Notes: a model not told the origin generated them from the letters alone. Positions 1-8,983 are shown, numbered from the stretch's first letter. The stretch: 23,329 nucleotides of DNA from an uncultured virus (IMG/VR IMGVR_UViG_3300044653_000122) (IMGVR_UViG_3300044653_000122), one strand, 5' to 3'. Program-made: numbers and translations.

Positions 1-11
1 AAGGATTCCCA

Positions 12-173
12 ATGCGACACCATCCGAAGCGAAAGCACCCGGCCAAAGAGAAACGCCACGAGGAGGCCGTTTACGAAGCCGAACGCAAGGCCTTGGAAGG
101 CCTCGACTTCACGAAACCCTCCAAGCCCGTTCCCTCCAAGTTCAAGCGTCTCCCGGGGCGCCCCAAGAAGTGA
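12..173 (+). CDS. small basic hypothetical protein (53 aa, MRHHPKRK...)
   Basis: Manually translated ORF, AAGGA at 1-5, stop 8 nt before the next ATG. Confidence 0.5.
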   Translation: MRHHPKRKHPAKEKRHEEAVYEAERKALEGLDFTKPSKPVPSKFKRLPGRPKK

Positions 174-181
174 GTAACTAG

Positions 182-712
182 ATGAAGTTCTCCTACCGCA
201 AGCAAGGCCCTTCCGGCCGAGGGAAAGGCCGTATCCGCTACCTCGTCGACGCCGAAGAGAACGGAAGCATCCGCTTCTACATCGGTACCCTCGAAGGCTT
301 CGGCGACTCCTGGACCCATGACACCGGCGACAAGAACGCCCGGATCTTCAAGTCCCGAAAGGAAGCCGCCGACGACCTCGCCTGGCTCTATGACAACAAG
401 GGCCGGGGCTGGATCTTCGTCCTCGCCATCGTCAAGGGGCTCATCGAGCACGAGGACGCGGCGAGCTACTTCGGATCGACCATGGGCCTCGCCGCCCACA
501 CGGACGAAGCGATCCGAAAGGGACTCCTTCTCGATGAGACCCCGGAGGGGAAGCACCGGCTCTCCTCCTACCTCAAGGTCACCAACCTCGGACGCAAGCT
601 CTACACGGAGTTGGGGCTCGACAAACTCCCGCAAAAGAAGCTCTCCCGCGCGTACATGTGGGACTGGAACCAGACCCTCGGGATCACCTGGATCAGCAAA
701 CTCCCCACCTGA
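182..712 (+). CDS. hypothetical protein (176 aa)
   Basis: ORF track; protein-like composition, co-oriented with neighbours. Confidence 0.75.
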   Translation: MKFSYRKQGPSGRGKGRIRYLVDAEENGSIRFYIGTLEGFGDSWTHDTGDKNARIFKSRKEAADDLAWLYDNKGRGWIFVLAIVKGLIEHEDAASYFGSTMGLAAHTDEAIRKGLLLDETPEGKHRLSSYLKVTNLGRKLYTELGLDKLPQKKLSRAYMWDWNQTLGITWISKLPT

Positions 713-722
713 GAGATCGAAG

Positions 723-920
723 ATGCCCTACGTCCCTCCGTTCTACCAAGACGTCACCTTCACCTACGAAGACGGTCGACCCTTCGTCCGCCCCATCCGG
801 GCTGACTTCAAGACCGAGACCGACTGGCTCGCGGCCATTCACAAGTTCAACACGGAGGTCACGAACGAAGCCAACCGGGCCTTCGCTGACCAGTTCCGCA
901 AATCTCTGCGCTCCGCTTGA
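723..920 (+). CDS. hypothetical protein (65 aa, MPYVPPFY...)
   Basis: Internal ATG of ORF 318..920 placed just after the previous stop; its TGA lies inside the TTGATC motif. Confidence 0.7.
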   Translation: MPYVPPFYQDVTFTYEDGRPFVRPIRADFKTETDWLAAIHKFNTEVTNEANRAFADQFRKSLRSA

Positions 921-942
921 TCCAACCCAAGGTCGATCGTAG
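917..942 (+). promoter_or_regulatory. TTGATC-N14-TCGTAG motif copy
   Basis: Variant copy, ATG 8 nt downstream. Confidence 0.6.
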
Positions 943-950
943 GCGGACAC

Positions 951-1484
951 ATGAACATCACCTTCCACTCCCTCCAGGCCCTCGACATCACCTACGACGA
1001 CGTACACAGCGCTGTCGACTGGGTCCAGAGGTCCGTCACCGTCTACGGCAAAACCCACCCGCAGCCCCGCCTCACCAAGTGGTACGGCGAGGTCCCCTAC
1101 CTCTACTCGGGCCTGACCTGGGAACCGGCTGCAATGCCCCAGGTCATTCAGACTATCCGGACTATCGTCGAGGTTCTCACCCGAACCAACTTCAACTCCG
1201 TCCTCTGCAACCTCTACCGGGACGGATCCGATTGCGTCGGCTGGCACGCCGATGACGAACCCATCTTCGGCGGAGACCCCGTCGTCGCCTCTGTCAGCTT
1301 CGGCGCCACCCGCACCTTCAAGCTCCGCCACAACACGACCAAAGAGGTCCAGAGCTTCGAGCTGACCGACAAGTCCCTGTTCGTCATGGGCAAGGGCATC
1401 CAGACCGACTGGAAGCACACGATTCCCAAGACCACCCGCCCCGTCGGCCCCCGCATCAACCTCACTTTCCGCCAGACCGTTTGA
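951..1484 (+). CDS. alkB: AlkB-family 2OG-Fe(II) dioxygenase (ALKBH2/3-like)
   Basis: NLYRDG, HxD (WHADDE), ASVSFGATR, distal His (WKHTIPK) and RINLTFR motifs. Confidence 0.93.
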   Translation: MNITFHSLQALDITYDDVHSAVDWVQRSVTVYGKTHPQPRLTKWYGEVPYLYSGLTWEPAAMPQVIQTIRTIVEVLTRTNFNSVLCNLYRDGSDCVGWHADDEPIFGGDPVVASVSFGATRTFKLRHNTTKEVQSFELTDKSLFVMGKGIQTDWKHTIPKTTRPVGPRINLTFRQTV

Positions 1485-1506
1485 TCCGGCCCACCCGGAG
1501 CTGTAG
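1481..1506 (+). promoter_or_regulatory. TTGATC-N14-CTGTAG motif copy
   Basis: ATG 7 nt downstream; contains the alkB stop codon. Confidence 0.75.
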
Positions 1507-1513
1507 AACCCCC

Positions 1514-1900
1514 ATGCACTACAACCTCAAGCTCAGCCTCCGTCAAGTCGTCATCGTCATCAAGGCCCTGGAGTTTTACTCCCGGACCCAGATCGGCCAG
1601 TTCGAGGAGGTTCTCACGGTCGCCGACCCCGCTGCCCGCAAAGACCCGGACCTTCGGGATCGGTGCCGACGGTACCTTCAGGGCGCCAAGGCCGTCCTGC
1701 TCGGCTTCGGCCGCGATCAGTCCTACGGGATCACGAGTGAGGAGGTTCCCGACTCCGCCCGGGTCGCCCGCGACATCCACGATGTCCTCCAGCAGAAGAT
1801 CGCCTTCGCCGAGAAGCCGGAAGGCGGCCCCGAGTGGTGGTTCCGCCCCATCGAGCAGCTCGGCAAGGAGCCCCTTCCGACTGTGACGGAGACCAAATGA
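1514..1900 (+). CDS. hypothetical protein
   Basis: ORF track; start re-assigned to the ATG after the motif. Confidence 0.75.
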   Translation: MHYNLKLSLRQVVIVIKALEFYSRTQIGQFEEVLTVADPAARKDPDLRDRCRRYLQGAKAVLLGFGRDQSYGITSEEVPDSARVARDIHDVLQQKIAFAEKPEGGPEWWFRPIEQLGKEPLPTVTETK

Positions 1901-2235
1901 TTACCACGATCTTCGCAAACCCGCTGGACCTCTTCGCTGCCCATTGCGGCGTCGTCAAGAAGTGGGGCCTCATGATCAGCTTCCCCCTCCCCCAGACGGA
2001 CGAGGAGTGGTCGGGCTTCCACCTGGCGTGCCCCTACCACGAAGAGCTGCCCAGCCAGGCCATCTTCGACGGCCGCGCCTTCCTCCTCTTCGACACCAAG
2101 ACGGAGATGCTGTGCTACTTCAACCAGACCGTGGGCGATGACGGACCCACCAAGGTCAACCCCTACAACGGGGACTTCACGGTCTTTGCCGTGACATGCT
2201 CCCCCGAGGGGAAGCTCCTCAGCGAGAACACTTAG
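1897..2235 (+). CDS. hypothetical protein (MITTIFAN...)
   Basis: ATGA overlap with the upstream stop. Confidence 0.75.
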   Translation: MITTIFANPLDLFAAHCGVVKKWGLMISFPLPQTDEEWSGFHLACPYHEELPSQAIFDGRAFLLFDTKTEMLCYFNQTVGDDGPTKVNPYNGDFTVFAVTCSPEGKLLSENT

Positions 2236-2241
2236 CTGGGA

Positions 2242-2517
2242 TCAAAACGAAAACGGGATCATCTTCCCGTGCTTGCTGGTGCGTAGTACTTCAGCCGCCC
2301 GCGTCAGCCACTCGGCAAGACGCTCGAACGCCTCTGGAGCCGTGTCGCACTCGGGGGCCTCGACGTTGAGGCTGGCGACCATCTTCCCCGTCTGGTCCAC
2401 CGTCAGCCCCACCTCCAGGTCGAGGATGGTCTTGCTGTTCGAGTGCTCCAGTTGATAGAGCACCTTCGTCTTCCGAAGTGCCTCGTCCTTCGTCACGCCC
2501 ACGATCTGAAGACCCAT
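2242..2517 (-). CDS. hypothetical protein (91 aa)
   Basis: ORF track; last gene of a tightly packed minus-strand run. Confidence 0.7.
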   Translation of the reverse strand: MGLQIVGVTKDEALRKTKVLYQLEHSNSKTILDLEVGLTVDQTGKMVASLNVEAPECDTAPEAFERLAEWLTRAAEVLRTSKHGKMIPFSF

Positions 2518-2520
2518 CCC

Positions 2521-2832
2521 TTACTCCCGCTTCCTCGACAGCTCATCACACCACCGGGTAAACCAGTGGCCCATGATGAGCGCCGTCACCGTCGCCACAC
2601 TCAGATAGACCGGCCACGGGATCAACGCGACCGCTCGGCCCAACGCCGCCCCGAGAAACAACATCGTGAACTGCGCCAGGAGCCGCACCTTCGACCCCGT
2701 GTCGAAGAGCTTCAACTTCGTCGGCCCCAGCGGAGGATCTTGCTCGCAGTTGTCGCACGGGTAAGACTTGAACCCGTCCTCCTCAAACCCCGTACCCTCA
2801 CACTCACGGCACTCCGAACGCTTGACCTTCAT
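2521..2832 (-). CDS. membrane protein with N-terminal CxxCxGxG zinc-finger-like motif
   Basis: CRECEGTG...CDNC then two hydrophobic stretches; ATG overlaps the upstream stop. Confidence 0.65.
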   Translation of the reverse strand: MKVKRSECRECEGTGFEEDGFKSYPCDNCEQDPPLGPTKLKLFDTGSKVRLLAQFTMLFLGAALGRAVALIPWPVYLSVATVTALIMGHWFTRWCDELSRKRE

Positions 2833-3167
2833 GACGGCTCCCGGTGAAACCACGCGTGGGCCGCCCGACGAAATCGCTTCCGGTCCCTCGTCTCCGCCCA
2901 CGCCACCCTCTCCCCCCTCTCCCCCCACGCCACCCTCTCCCCCCACTGCGGGTCTTCTTGAATCCCCAGGATCTCAGGCCCTCTCAGAGGATTGGCCGAC
3001 TCCCAGAGAACCCAAAAAGTCTTCATACCTGTGAGTTCATTCCGTAGCTCACAGCGCCACGAAATCCCCATAACCCCAGGAGGGGTGAAGACTGGCTTCG
3101 TCAGTTCTTTGGACAATACTTCGTACTTGTCCAAACCCATTCGGAAAGTCCACCCAACATCAAACAT
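2829..3167 (-). CDS. hypothetical protein
   Basis: ORF 2829..3251 trimmed to internal ATG (MFDVGW); contains a short tandem duplication (WGERVA). Confidence 0.5.
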   Translation of the reverse strand: MFDVGWTFRMGLDKYEVLSKELTKPVFTPPGVMGISWRCELRNELTGMKTFWVLWESANPLRGPEILGIQEDPQWGERVAWGERGERVAWAETRDRKRFRRAAHAWFHREPS

Positions 3168-3174
3168 AGAACCC

Positions 3175-3447
3175 TCACAACGGGAAAAGTGGGCAATCCG
3201 CCTTGTGACTCTCCAGCCGGCCAAGATACCGACCCCCAAGATCACCCCCACACTCGCGACACTTCGGATGAGGATCTACCCACTCCTCCAGAGTGAGGTT
3301 CACTTTCTTCCCCACCCACTCAGGACCGAGCCCAAGCGCTCCCACACTCACCCGCTCCCCACCCTCCAAGATGAGAGTAAGATCCTCCTCATCTCCGAAG
3401 GGGCCGGCCACCGTTACTCGCTCCACCGTCCCTGTGAGATACAACAT
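3175..3447 (-). CDS. hypothetical protein with C-terminal CxxC...HxxxC
   Basis: ORF track; start overlaps the upstream stop. Confidence 0.65.
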   Translation of the reverse strand: MLYLTGTVERVTVAGPFGDEEDLTLILEGGERVSVGALGLGPEWVGKKVNLTLEEWVDPHPKCRECGGDLGGRYLGRLESHKADCPLFPL

Positions 3448-3788
3448 CAGACTCTCCCCACGAGGACGCGATAGGCCCGCTCCACCCTGAAGTGTTCCGC
3501 GTCACCACGGCGAAGTAGCTCCTGGCCCTGCTGGAGAAGCCACTCCTCGAAATTTCTCCCCGCCCGCTGAACAGCTTCCTCCAACCCAGGCGCCCCGCCG
3601 AGCACGACCCCCTCGCCCGACTGCATCACGAACGCCACATAGTCCCGCCCGAACTTGTCGAGCTGCACGTGGGCGTCCACGATCCCCGCCGCATGCACCA
3701 ATCGGCTCAACGAAATCGGATCCCTCTCAGGAGTCGCCAGGCCCCACCCAGGACTCAACTTCGACCGGACGATCTCTAGCCAGTGCAC
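3447..3788 (-). CDS. hypothetical protein
   Basis: ORF 3447..3908 trimmed to GTG 10 nt downstream of a CGGTGTAA motif. Confidence 0.6.
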   Translation of the reverse strand: MHWLEIVRSKLSPGWGLATPERDPISLSRLVHAAGIVDAHVQLDKFGRDYVAFVMQSGEGVVLGGAPGLEEAVQRAGRNFEEWLLQQGQELLRRGDAEHFRVERAYRVLVGRV

Positions 3789-3847
3789 GGGAGAAGTATT
3801 ACACCGATGCTGGACGCCCACAGCTCTTCCGTGGTAGGCAAATCCCC

Positions 3848-4306
3848 ATGATGACCAAAATCGTCCTGGAGTCCGCCTACTTCCACATTCACAACGGGGG
3901 CCTCTCACTCTCCGTCCGAGAGGAAACCGGAGACCACTCCTCTCGGTACTTTCTCGAAGCCGATTGTGACAACTTCGGCGGAGGCATCTCCGTCAATATC
4001 CCCCTCGGCAACCTCGAAGTCGTCTCCTGGCTCCACACAGCCATGGGCCGAGTTCTCTCCCGCATGATCGAGAAGCAACCGAAAAACCTGCCCCCTTACC
4101 TTCGACCGTGGGAACCCTTCACCGCTGAGGCCCGTGCCTGCATCGAAGATGGAACCCCCGCTGATTACTACTTCCGCGTCAAAGACGGTGTCCAGCAAAA
4201 GGTCTCCCGGAACTGGGAGCAGGCCGGACAACAGGCCGCACCAACCGAGGACGGTCCCGCTCGTCCAGAAGACCCAACGCCCGCGCCCGAAGCACCCGAT
4301 CCCTGA
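3848..4306 (+). CDS. hypothetical protein (152 aa)
   Basis: ORF track; divergent from the 3788 gene; tail overlaps the next minus-strand ORF. Confidence 0.65.
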   Translation: MMTKIVLESAYFHIHNGGLSLSVREETGDHSSRYFLEADCDNFGGGISVNIPLGNLEVVSWLHTAMGRVLSRMIEKQPKNLPPYLRPWEPFTAEARACIEDGTPADYYFRVKDGVQQKVSRNWEQAGQQAAPTEDGPARPEDPTPAPEAPDP

Positions 4307-4787
4307 ACAACACTTGAATCTGCTGGTCCGTGCACTGACCAACTTCACACGCCCAGAGATCCTGAACCGACTCATCCATACCCCAAAGCCCGTAGTCGCG
4401 GTGCCCCTCCCGCCACGCCGGCCACGGAAGACCCACCCGCTGCGCAACGACCATCTCCCACCCGAGAAAGTCGAACTCGTACAGCCGATCCGCGTCCTCC
4501 CGAACCGCCGGGTCCAACCTCGTCGCAAAGGTGTGCCCCATCTCGTGGATGACCTCCGCCACCTTGAGACGACTCACCGGAGATACCAGAACGACCTCCC
4601 GCCTCCGATGGTGAACCCCTAGCCCATCGAAAAATGGAGCCCGCGAAAATCCCGCCTGGTACCGAAGTTCCCGGAACTCTGGCTCTCGGACCACCCGCAG
4701 GGCCCCTCCCCAAGGGGCCACCAGCCTACGAAGACGCCCAAGCGCCCGACCGTCCATGAAAATCCCAAGCTCCGCCCGCATCGGCAT
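4179..4787 (-). CDS. putative HExxH zinc metallopeptidase (ImmA/IrrE-like)
   Basis: VIHEMGH motif with downstream Glu residues; family assignment rests on the motif only. Confidence 0.55.
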   Translation of the reverse strand: MPMRAELGIFMDGRALGRLRRLVAPWGGALRVVREPEFRELRYQAGFSRAPFFDGLGVHHRRREVVLVSPVSRLKVAEVIHEMGHTFATRLDPAVREDADRLYEFDFLGWEMVVAQRVGLPWPAWREGHRDYGLWGMDESVQDLWACEVGQCTDQQIQVLFRDRVLRARALGLLDERDRPRLVRPVVRPAPSSGRPFAGHRL

Positions 4788-4802
4788 ACCCTGACTTGAA
4801 AC

Positions 4803-5372
4803 CTAATCCCGCACCCGCAGACTGATCCCCTCGGCCCGCAACTTCTCGATGAGGAACTTGAGCATGTCCCCCTCATCCGAGAACGGGTGGAAGTCGAGCC
4901 CCTGCCCCACACACCGAGCCGCAAGCTCCGTCCGGATCCGTGCCGCAGACTCCTTGTGGACCTCCGCTGCCCGCCGAAGAGACAGAAAATACTCCTCCTC
5001 GAACTCGACCTGGTTGAAGGAATGATCCGCAGTCTTCCTCGACTCCCCGAGAATCTCGTCCACCATGGAAGCGATCGGATCCGCCAATGCCCTCGTCGAA
5101 AGAAGGGGCCCCCTCTGTGGATCCCTCAGAAGATATTGGTAGGCATCCCCACACCCGTAGACATGCCCCCTCCCCCAGAGAATCCCCGGCTCCTGAATCC
5201 AGTGAACCTCCATCGCCAAACAAATCGGGGAGATCAAAAGAACCCCCGCCTTCGTGGCACCACTGTGTACCCCCAGAACAAACACGTCCCGGTGCAGCAC
5301 GTGCGCCGTCATCGGGATGGGCTGAGGAGCCGCATGCTTCGTAAGATCGTTGAGCCTGTCGCGTAGAGTCAT
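4803..5372 (-). CDS. hypothetical protein (189 aa)
   Basis: ORF track; operon-like spacing. Confidence 0.7.
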   Translation of the reverse strand: MTLRDRLNDLTKHAAPQPIPMTAHVLHRDVFVLGVHSGATKAGVLLISPICLAMEVHWIQEPGILWGRGHVYGCGDAYQYLLRDPQRGPLLSTRALADPIASMVDEILGESRKTADHSFNQVEFEEEYFLSLRRAAEVHKESAARIRTELAARCVGQGLDFHPFSDEGDMLKFLIEKLRAEGISLRVRD

Positions 5373-5381
5373 GTCCCGTAC

Positions 5382-5711
5382 CTACACCGAATCCTTCGTC
5401 ATCAGCTCGCTCACACACTGAACGCAACAAACCTTCGGCTTCTTGTCGAGCTGCACGTACTTCCCGTAGGCATCGTTCGACATCGCCATCGGGCTCTGAC
5501 ACCCGATGCACAACACCTCGGGCCGTACCGCACTCCGGTTCGCCTCCAACTCCCAAAGCACGTTGTCCGCCGGATCAAAATCGGCCGCCCGCGTGCATAC
5601 CAACATCACGCTCTGATCGACCTCATGCGTCTGCACCCCCAGACGCCCAACCATCTCCGCCAACTGCCGCCGAAACTCCGGCCGGTCCGCCGCCGTAGGC
5701 CTCCGCCTCAT
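5382..5711 (-). CDS. hypothetical Cys-rich protein (CxxC...CCxxC)
   Basis: ORF track; GGAGG upstream of the ATG. Confidence 0.7.
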   Translation of the reverse strand: MRRRPTAADRPEFRRQLAEMVGRLGVQTHEVDQSVMLVCTRAADFDPADNVLWELEANRSAVRPEVLCIGCQSPMAMSNDAYGKYVQLDKKPKVCCVQCVSELMTKDSV

Positions 5712-5746
5712 CCAATTACCCTCCGCTCCCCGTGTACTACACCGAT

Positions 5747-6298
5747 TTAGCTAGCGTGATCAGGAAGCGCCGGAACGGCCCGGGCCGCCGGCAGGGCAGC
5801 AAACGTCTCCACAACCCCGCGGATGTGCTTGCACTGGTGGCGGCGGTAGATCCAGTCCTTGCACGAACAGGCACACTTACGCCCATCCTCACTCTGGAAG
5901 GAAACAACGTAGGGGGCCGACTCCCCGTCATCCTTCGTAACCTCGAAACGGCGGATATCCTGGCGACGCTTCGGCTTCGTCTCCTCGACGAGGTAGCTCT
6001 GGCCCTTGAGAAGCAGGGTCGTCTGGGCCGGCGTCTGGCGGACCATGGGGATGACGACGGCGTTCCGGCCGATCCGGACCGCGTAGTACTCGCCCCCGCG
6101 CTTGGCATGGAAAACTTCCAGGCCTAGCTCCGTGATTTTCAACACGCCGTTGGGGGAGGCGTGGACGAGAGCGAAAGGACCCTTGACCTCCACCACGTGG
6201 CAGAAGGGCTCCATGGCCCGGATGTTCTCGTCGGCCGACCTCGTGGAAGGAAAGTAGACCGGGAAGAGCGACTGCGTCGTGGTGAGATCCGTTCCCAT
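5747..6298 (-). CDS. SWIM zinc-finger domain protein
   Basis: CSCKDWIYRRHQCKHI matches the SWIM CxC-xn-CxH pattern. Confidence 0.8.
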   Translation of the reverse strand: MGTDLTTTQSLFPVYFPSTRSADENIRAMEPFCHVVEVKGPFALVHASPNGVLKITELGLEVFHAKRGGEYYAVRIGRNAVVIPMVRQTPAQTTLLLKGQSYLVEETKPKRRQDIRRFEVTKDDGESAPYVVSFQSEDGRKCACSCKDWIYRRHQCKHIRGVVETFAALPAARAVPALPDHAS

Positions 6299-6365
6299 GC
6301 GCCTTCTACAGGCGGACCAGGGAGAGATCAAAGTTATGGGTACATCTCTCCCCAGTCCTCGACGC

Positions 6366-6560
6366 TCATCGTCTCTCCTGGACGCACGCCAAGGCGTGCG
6401 GGTTGAACGTCACGTGCCACCACGCAGCAAGCACAGCGTGCCACCTCCACCTGAACTCGCCCAGCACAAGCGGCGCCCGGAACACGCTCGGCGAGACGAC
6501 GACCCGCCAAGGCATCCTTCGATGAGCCCAGCCGAGATCAGCTCGGCGGTAGACGCTCAC
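6366..6560 (-). CDS. hypothetical protein (64 aa)
   Basis: ORF track; start overlaps the upstream stop. Confidence 0.5.
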   Translation of the reverse strand: MSVYRRADLGWAHRRMPWRVVVSPSVFRAPLVLGEFRWRWHAVLAAWWHVTFNPHALACVQERR

Positions 6561-6778
6561 GGGACCCTAGGCGCGGCGCTCGCCTCCTCGGCCTCTTCCT
6601 CCGCCGGCTGGTCATACCGTCGAGCCACTCCGTCCCCGATCTCACGACCCCACCTGGCAGCCCACTGCTCCGCTTCCTGCCGGGTGCCCACCCAGTCGCC
6701 GTCATCCCCTAGCAACCAATGGGGCGGGACCTTGCCCCCATTGCCCTGAAACCACACGCCCCACCTCTCGTCGCTCAT
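6557..6778 (-). CDS. hypothetical protein (MSDERWG..., 73 aa)
   Basis: Internal ATG of ORF 6557..7159 with GAGGGTGAG upstream. Confidence 0.6.
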   Translation of the reverse strand: MSDERWGVWFQGNGGKVPPHWLLGDDGDWVGTRQEAEQWAARWGREIGDGVARRYDQPAEEEAEEASAAPRVP

Positions 6779-6875
6779 CTCACCCTCACTACCCTGAATT
6801 ACACCGCACCGAAACACCCGGAGCAAACTAAATCCCAGGTTTTTTTTGAGACCGGCTCCGGTGTAGCCCTCCTCC

Positions 6876-7664
6876 GTGCAACCCGGGGAACACGTCGCCA
6901 TCTTCGCCGCCGACGCCGAAGCCGGCCTCGAAGGTCGCCGCCTCGGTCTTGAGCTGCGAGACACGATCCTCGTGCTTTCGCACGGCCCCAAGTTGAGCTT
7001 CGTGTTCCTCTTCCGCAAACCACTGGATGGGACCGTGGCCGAGCAGATGGTTAAGACGGGGACGGGCGGCTTGAATGTGGACGCGTGCAGGATCGGCACG
7101 GCCGCCGCCGACGCCAAGGCCATGGAAAGGGCCAACACGCCGGGAAGCGGCCAACTCAAGGCGCACGATGCCGGGTTCCGAGGGGCATGGTCGGGCTCGA
7201 CGCCCTACGACACAACGGCCGGGCGCTGGCCACCGAACGTCGTCCTCGTGCACGGGCTGGGGTGCAGGATGATGGGAAATCGGCGCATCCTGACTGGAGG
7301 GAGCGGGGTAGCCGCGACCGTGCACGCATCGGCTGGCTATCAAGGCTCTTCTTTGGGGAGGGACTCCCGTGAGGACGGGAATTGCCACCGAAACGACGAT
7401 GGCACTGAGACCGTAGCCGCGTGGGAGTGCTCCCCAGGGTGCCCGGTGCCGTTGCTCGATGAGCAGAGCGGGGATCGACCCTCGACCGGCCCCCATCCGT
7501 CAAGCGTCCGTGGGGAAAGCATCCTCCGGCCAGGGCAAGGGGCATATCAACGACAGGGCCAGCTTTACGCCGACTCGGGTGGCGCCTCCCGGTTCTTCCC
7601 ACAGTTCAGGGACGAAGCGGAGCTACGCGCCTGGATTGAGCGCTTGATCTCGCCGATCCAGTAA
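6876..7664 (+). CDS. truncated phage-type N6/N4 DNA methyltransferase homolog (catalytic motifs absent)
   Basis: RKPLDGTVAE, GTGGLNVDACRI, GRWPPNV and DSGGASRFF resemble phage MTase inserts; no DPPY or FxGxG motif. Confidence 0.7.
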   Translation: MQPGEHVAIFAADAEAGLEGRRLGLELRDTILVLSHGPKLSFVFLFRKPLDGTVAEQMVKTGTGGLNVDACRIGTAAADAKAMERANTPGSGQLKAHDAGFRGAWSGSTPYDTTAGRWPPNVVLVHGLGCRMMGNRRILTGGSGVAATVHASAGYQGSSLGRDSREDGNCHRNDDGTETVAAWECSPGCPVPLLDEQSGDRPSTGPHPSSVRGESILRPGQGAYQRQGQLYADSGGASRFFPQFRDEAELRAWIERLISPIQ

Positions 7665-8055
7665 CAAAGGATCTCGGTCCTCCACTCCACGGGACCAAAA
7701 TTTCCATGCCCCCACCCCGAAATTCGGCCGTAAAAAAAATCGGACCCCCACCCCCGGATACGGCCTCCACAAAAAAGGGACCCCCTCGAAACAAAATCCG
7801 GGGGAAATTCAGGAGCCTAGGCCGCTTCCTCCGGAAGGGAGCGGAAAGAAACCCTCAAAACCAGAAGGCAGGGGGGACCAGGAAACAACAGGAAGGGGGA
7901 CCAGGGGCAATTACCGCTGTACTGGAACTCACCGTGCGAGGTGTCCGTGTATACTGGATGGGCCAAATTTGCTCCGTCGGGCCGGCCTGAAAGTTAATCG
8001 AGCGGTTTCATGCCAACTCGATCATGACGCGTCGAGTTGAAGCACCGCATCAACT

Positions 8056-8081
8056 TTGATCTTCAGACCCCTCGGATGTAT
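8056..8081 (+). promoter_or_regulatory. TTGATC-N14-ATGTAT motif copy (degenerate)
   Basis: ATG 10 nt downstream. Confidence 0.5.
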
Positions 8082-8091
8082 TCATGCCAAC

Positions 8092-8322
8092 ATGAGCACT
8101 CGGGCCCGGAAGCGTCGCAGAGCCCGACGGAAGCTTAACCGGCTCACCCTTGATGAGGCCATCCGAGATGTGGGCTACGGATTCCTCATGGGGTGCGAGG
8201 AGTCCGACGTTCGGGCCGAGCTGGTGAGGCGTGGGTTCGTAAGGGCGGATGCTTTTCTTCTCACGATCGCTGGACAGCTCTTGGCCCGATGGATCGAGGA
8301 AATCCCGGGGGAGGGTCCTTGA
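8092..8322 (+). CDS. hypothetical protein with Arg-rich N-terminus (76 aa)
   Basis: ATG after the motif; stop inside the next motif. Confidence 0.65.
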   Translation: MSTRARKRRRARRKLNRLTLDEAIRDVGYGFLMGCEESDVRAELVRRGFVRADAFLLTIAGQLLARWIEEIPGEGP

Positions 8323-8344
8323 TCGGGGGCCGTGCCAAGTGTAG
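8319..8344 (+). promoter_or_regulatory. TTGATC-N14-GTGTAG motif copy
   Basis: ATG 7 nt downstream. Confidence 0.75.
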
Positions 8345-8351
8345 GGGGATC

Positions 8352-8765
8352 ATGAAGACCATGGACGGGCAGACCCTCAAGATCGGCGACACCATCCTGA
8401 CGAGCTACCACGACATTCCCGTCGTCGGCGTCATCAATGGGTACGACGGCTCCGGCTGCATCTACCTGAGCTTCCCCGGCGCCCTCCCCCAGCCCGTCGT
8501 CTATGGCATCCCCCGCGACGGCATCTGCCTCCACTACTACGACGTGCCCCACACGGTCGCCCACCTGGTCAGCCGCCCCACCGAGCTGCCCGAACTCTTC
8601 GAGCTGCCCGCGACGTGCGTCGGCGGCTGCCACGCCCGCAAGCCGCAGGGTCCCTCGCTCACCGAGGTCGAGACCGCCGGCAAGGCCGCTGTGGCCCGAA
8701 GGGATCAGAAGGGGGCAGCAGCCCTCCGCACTGTGTATCGGGCCCTCCGGAGCGCCCAGGCGTGA
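8352..8765 (+). CDS. hypothetical protein (MKTMDGQT..., 137 aa)
   Basis: Internal ATG of ORF 8193..8765 following the motif. Confidence 0.75.
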   Translation: MKTMDGQTLKIGDTILTSYHDIPVVGVINGYDGSGCIYLSFPGALPQPVVYGIPRDGICLHYYDVPHTVAHLVSRPTELPELFELPATCVGGCHARKPQGPSLTEVETAGKAAVARRDQKGAAALRTVYRALRSAQA

Positions 8766-8770
8766 CCTCC

Positions 8771-8983
8771 ATGAAGAAAATTGCACTTTCCCCAGGAACG
8801 ATGGGCCTCTGCGCCCTTGCAATCGACTTGGTGGGCGTCGACAATGTGGACCCCGGGCACTGGCTTTCTCCCGTCTACATTCTCACAGAGAGGCTCTCCC
8901 AAGAGGATCTCCAGGCTGCCATCGAGCTGATCCAGGAGCGTGGCCGTGAGGTCAACATGCCGATTTCGGTGACCCGGCTTTGA
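8771..8983 (+). CDS. hypothetical protein (70 aa)
   Basis: ATG 5 nt after the upstream stop; stop inside the next motif. Confidence 0.65.
   Translation: MKKIALSPGTMGLCALAIDLVGVDNVDPGHWLSPVYILTERLSQEDLQAAIELIQERGREVNMPISVTRL

Noticed and set aside
71..1418. Minus-strand ORFs 71..634 and 693..1418
   Set aside because: Antisense shadows of better-supported plus-strand genes including alkB
2897..2946. Tandem CCCACGCCACCCTCTCCCCC duplication giving a Gly/Glu- or Pro-rich reading
   Set aside because: Simple local duplication within a hypothetical gene; no evidence of further function
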